Assembly (NCBI GenBank): GCA_046761065.1
Contig: JBHIFL010000079.1
Span: forward strand, 1-18,306
Reading direction: 5' to 3'
From: Candidatus Heimdallarchaeota archaeon
GTDB lineage: Archaea > Asgardarchaeota > Wukongarchaeia > Wukongarchaeales > JBHIFL01
Length of the DNA stretch: 18,306 nucleotides
The position numbers were made by a program, and so were the translations under genes. The notes beneath the pieces were generated by a model, which was not told the DNA's origin, made no database searches, and saw only the letters and a list, made by a program, of their open reading frames with translations. This document shows, piece after piece, positions 17,401-18,306 of the stretch. How positions within the stretch are numbered: position 1 is the stretch's first letter; each line of letters opens with the position of its first letter.

Positions 17401-18123
17401 CTAGGCTTGGGGAGGTGAGATTGGCTTCCCGCGGACTATGTTCCAAATAGCCGCAAGGAGCAGCCCAGTGATGAAGCCCCCGATGTGGGCCCCATGTGCA
17501 ATTCCCCCGCCGGGACCTTCAATCACTGACAACACGAGTTCGAGTCCGGCATAGAAGAGGGCATATGTCCATGCGTTTGTCTCAAAAATAACATAGCCAA
17601 ACCAAATCCTGAGACGTCGTTTTCGATAGTTCAATGCATAGATCGCAAGCGTTCCAAAAATGGCGCCACTTGCTCCGATGCCAGGAACCGCTGCCCAGTC
17701 TTGTGCCATACCGGGATCCCAGATCGGTATTAAGAAATCTACTACTAAGAGGGCATGAACGATATTTCCAACAACTCCAGCAATAAGATACACCACTACA
17801 AAGCCAACGTGTCCAAAGACATCTTCGGCATCGTCCCCTATAAACCAGAAGACCAGCATGTTTGAGAAGATGTGTAGGAAGCTTCCGTGGAGAAACTGGC
17901 TGGTAACCAACGTAAAGGATCTATTTATTGACAGAACATCGTTCGGAATCGAACCAAAGGTGTAGATGAATGATTCGACAGAAGTTCCTAGTGAAATATT
18001 GCCAAATAAGATATTAGGTGAAAGTAAGAGTTCATAGAGGAAAACAAGTCCATTTAGTCCAATAAGGCCATAGGTCACATAGGGTTTCAATCTTTGAGTG
18101 ATATCTCTTTCACCAATTATCAT
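17401..18123 (-). CDS. Rhomboid intramembrane serine protease
   Basis: FLHGSFLHIFSNM, GASG (catalytic Ser), AHGAHIGGF (catalytic His). GGAGG RBS favours ATG 18123 over TTG 18150. Confidence 0.93.
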   Translation of the reverse strand: MIIGERDITQRLKPYVTYGLIGLNGLVFLYELLLSPNILFGNISLGTSVESFIYTFGSIPNDVLSINRSFTLVTSQFLHGSFLHIFSNMLVFWFIGDDAEDVFGHVGFVVVYLIAGVVGNIVHALLVVDFLIPIWDPGMAQDWAAVPGIGASGAIFGTLAIYALNYRKRRLRIWFGYVIFETNAWTYALFYAGLELVLSVIEGPGGGIAHGAHIGGFITGLLLAAIWNIVRGKPISPPQA

Positions 18124-18306
18124 TGAACGCTTCCTCCAGTTTTGAAGCAATATGTCTTTTTAAATTGGATAACATCATTACTTTTTTTATATAATCTATT
18201 AATTTTCTGTCTTAACAAAAAAACGAGTAAAGTCCTTATTTGTTTAACTCCGAAAAATGAAGTGTAATGGAGTTGATCTAATTACTCCAAGGATTTTAAG
18301 GTTTAA

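Noticed and set aside
1-18306. Stop-codon recoding, CRISPR arrays, tRNA/rRNA genes, transposases
   Set aside because: TAA, TAG and TGA all terminate intact conserved genes. In-frame stops occur only in genes that also carry frameshifts. No repeat-spacer arrays, cloverleaves or transposase ORFs were seen.

Overview
AT-rich archaeal window, most likely from an anaerobic Asgard archaeon. This is inferred from a Rab-like small GTPase without a prenylation tail, archaeal-type CdhA/CdhB, a COG2522-type regulator and TATA-type promoters. In order it holds: a broken gene with a winged-helix C-terminus; a polytopic membrane protein with a signal peptide and a GOLD/PPC-like ectodomain; a GC-rich structured intergenic element; a stand-alone cdhA-cdhB pair; OsmC; a PadR regulator fused to a degenerate methyltransferase fold, with an upstream palindrome; a coiled-coil protein; an agmatinase-family ureohydrolase; a broken DUF420/cytochrome-b-like gene; a Zn-ribbon plus Rab-like GTPase pair; and a small basic ORF. 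Next comes a five-gene minus-strand operon (Cys-rich HTH regulator-iscS-iscU-tusA-dsrE) whose TATA box is flanked by two related palindromes, facing a divergent tandem desulforedoxin-like gene. The window ends with ribokinase, SfsA and a rhomboid protease. The best candidate for an undescribed system is the putative Fe-S/metal-sensing, autoregulated minimal Fe-S assembly plus sulfur-relay locus at 12201-15417. All family calls come from motif recognition by eye; no searches were run.
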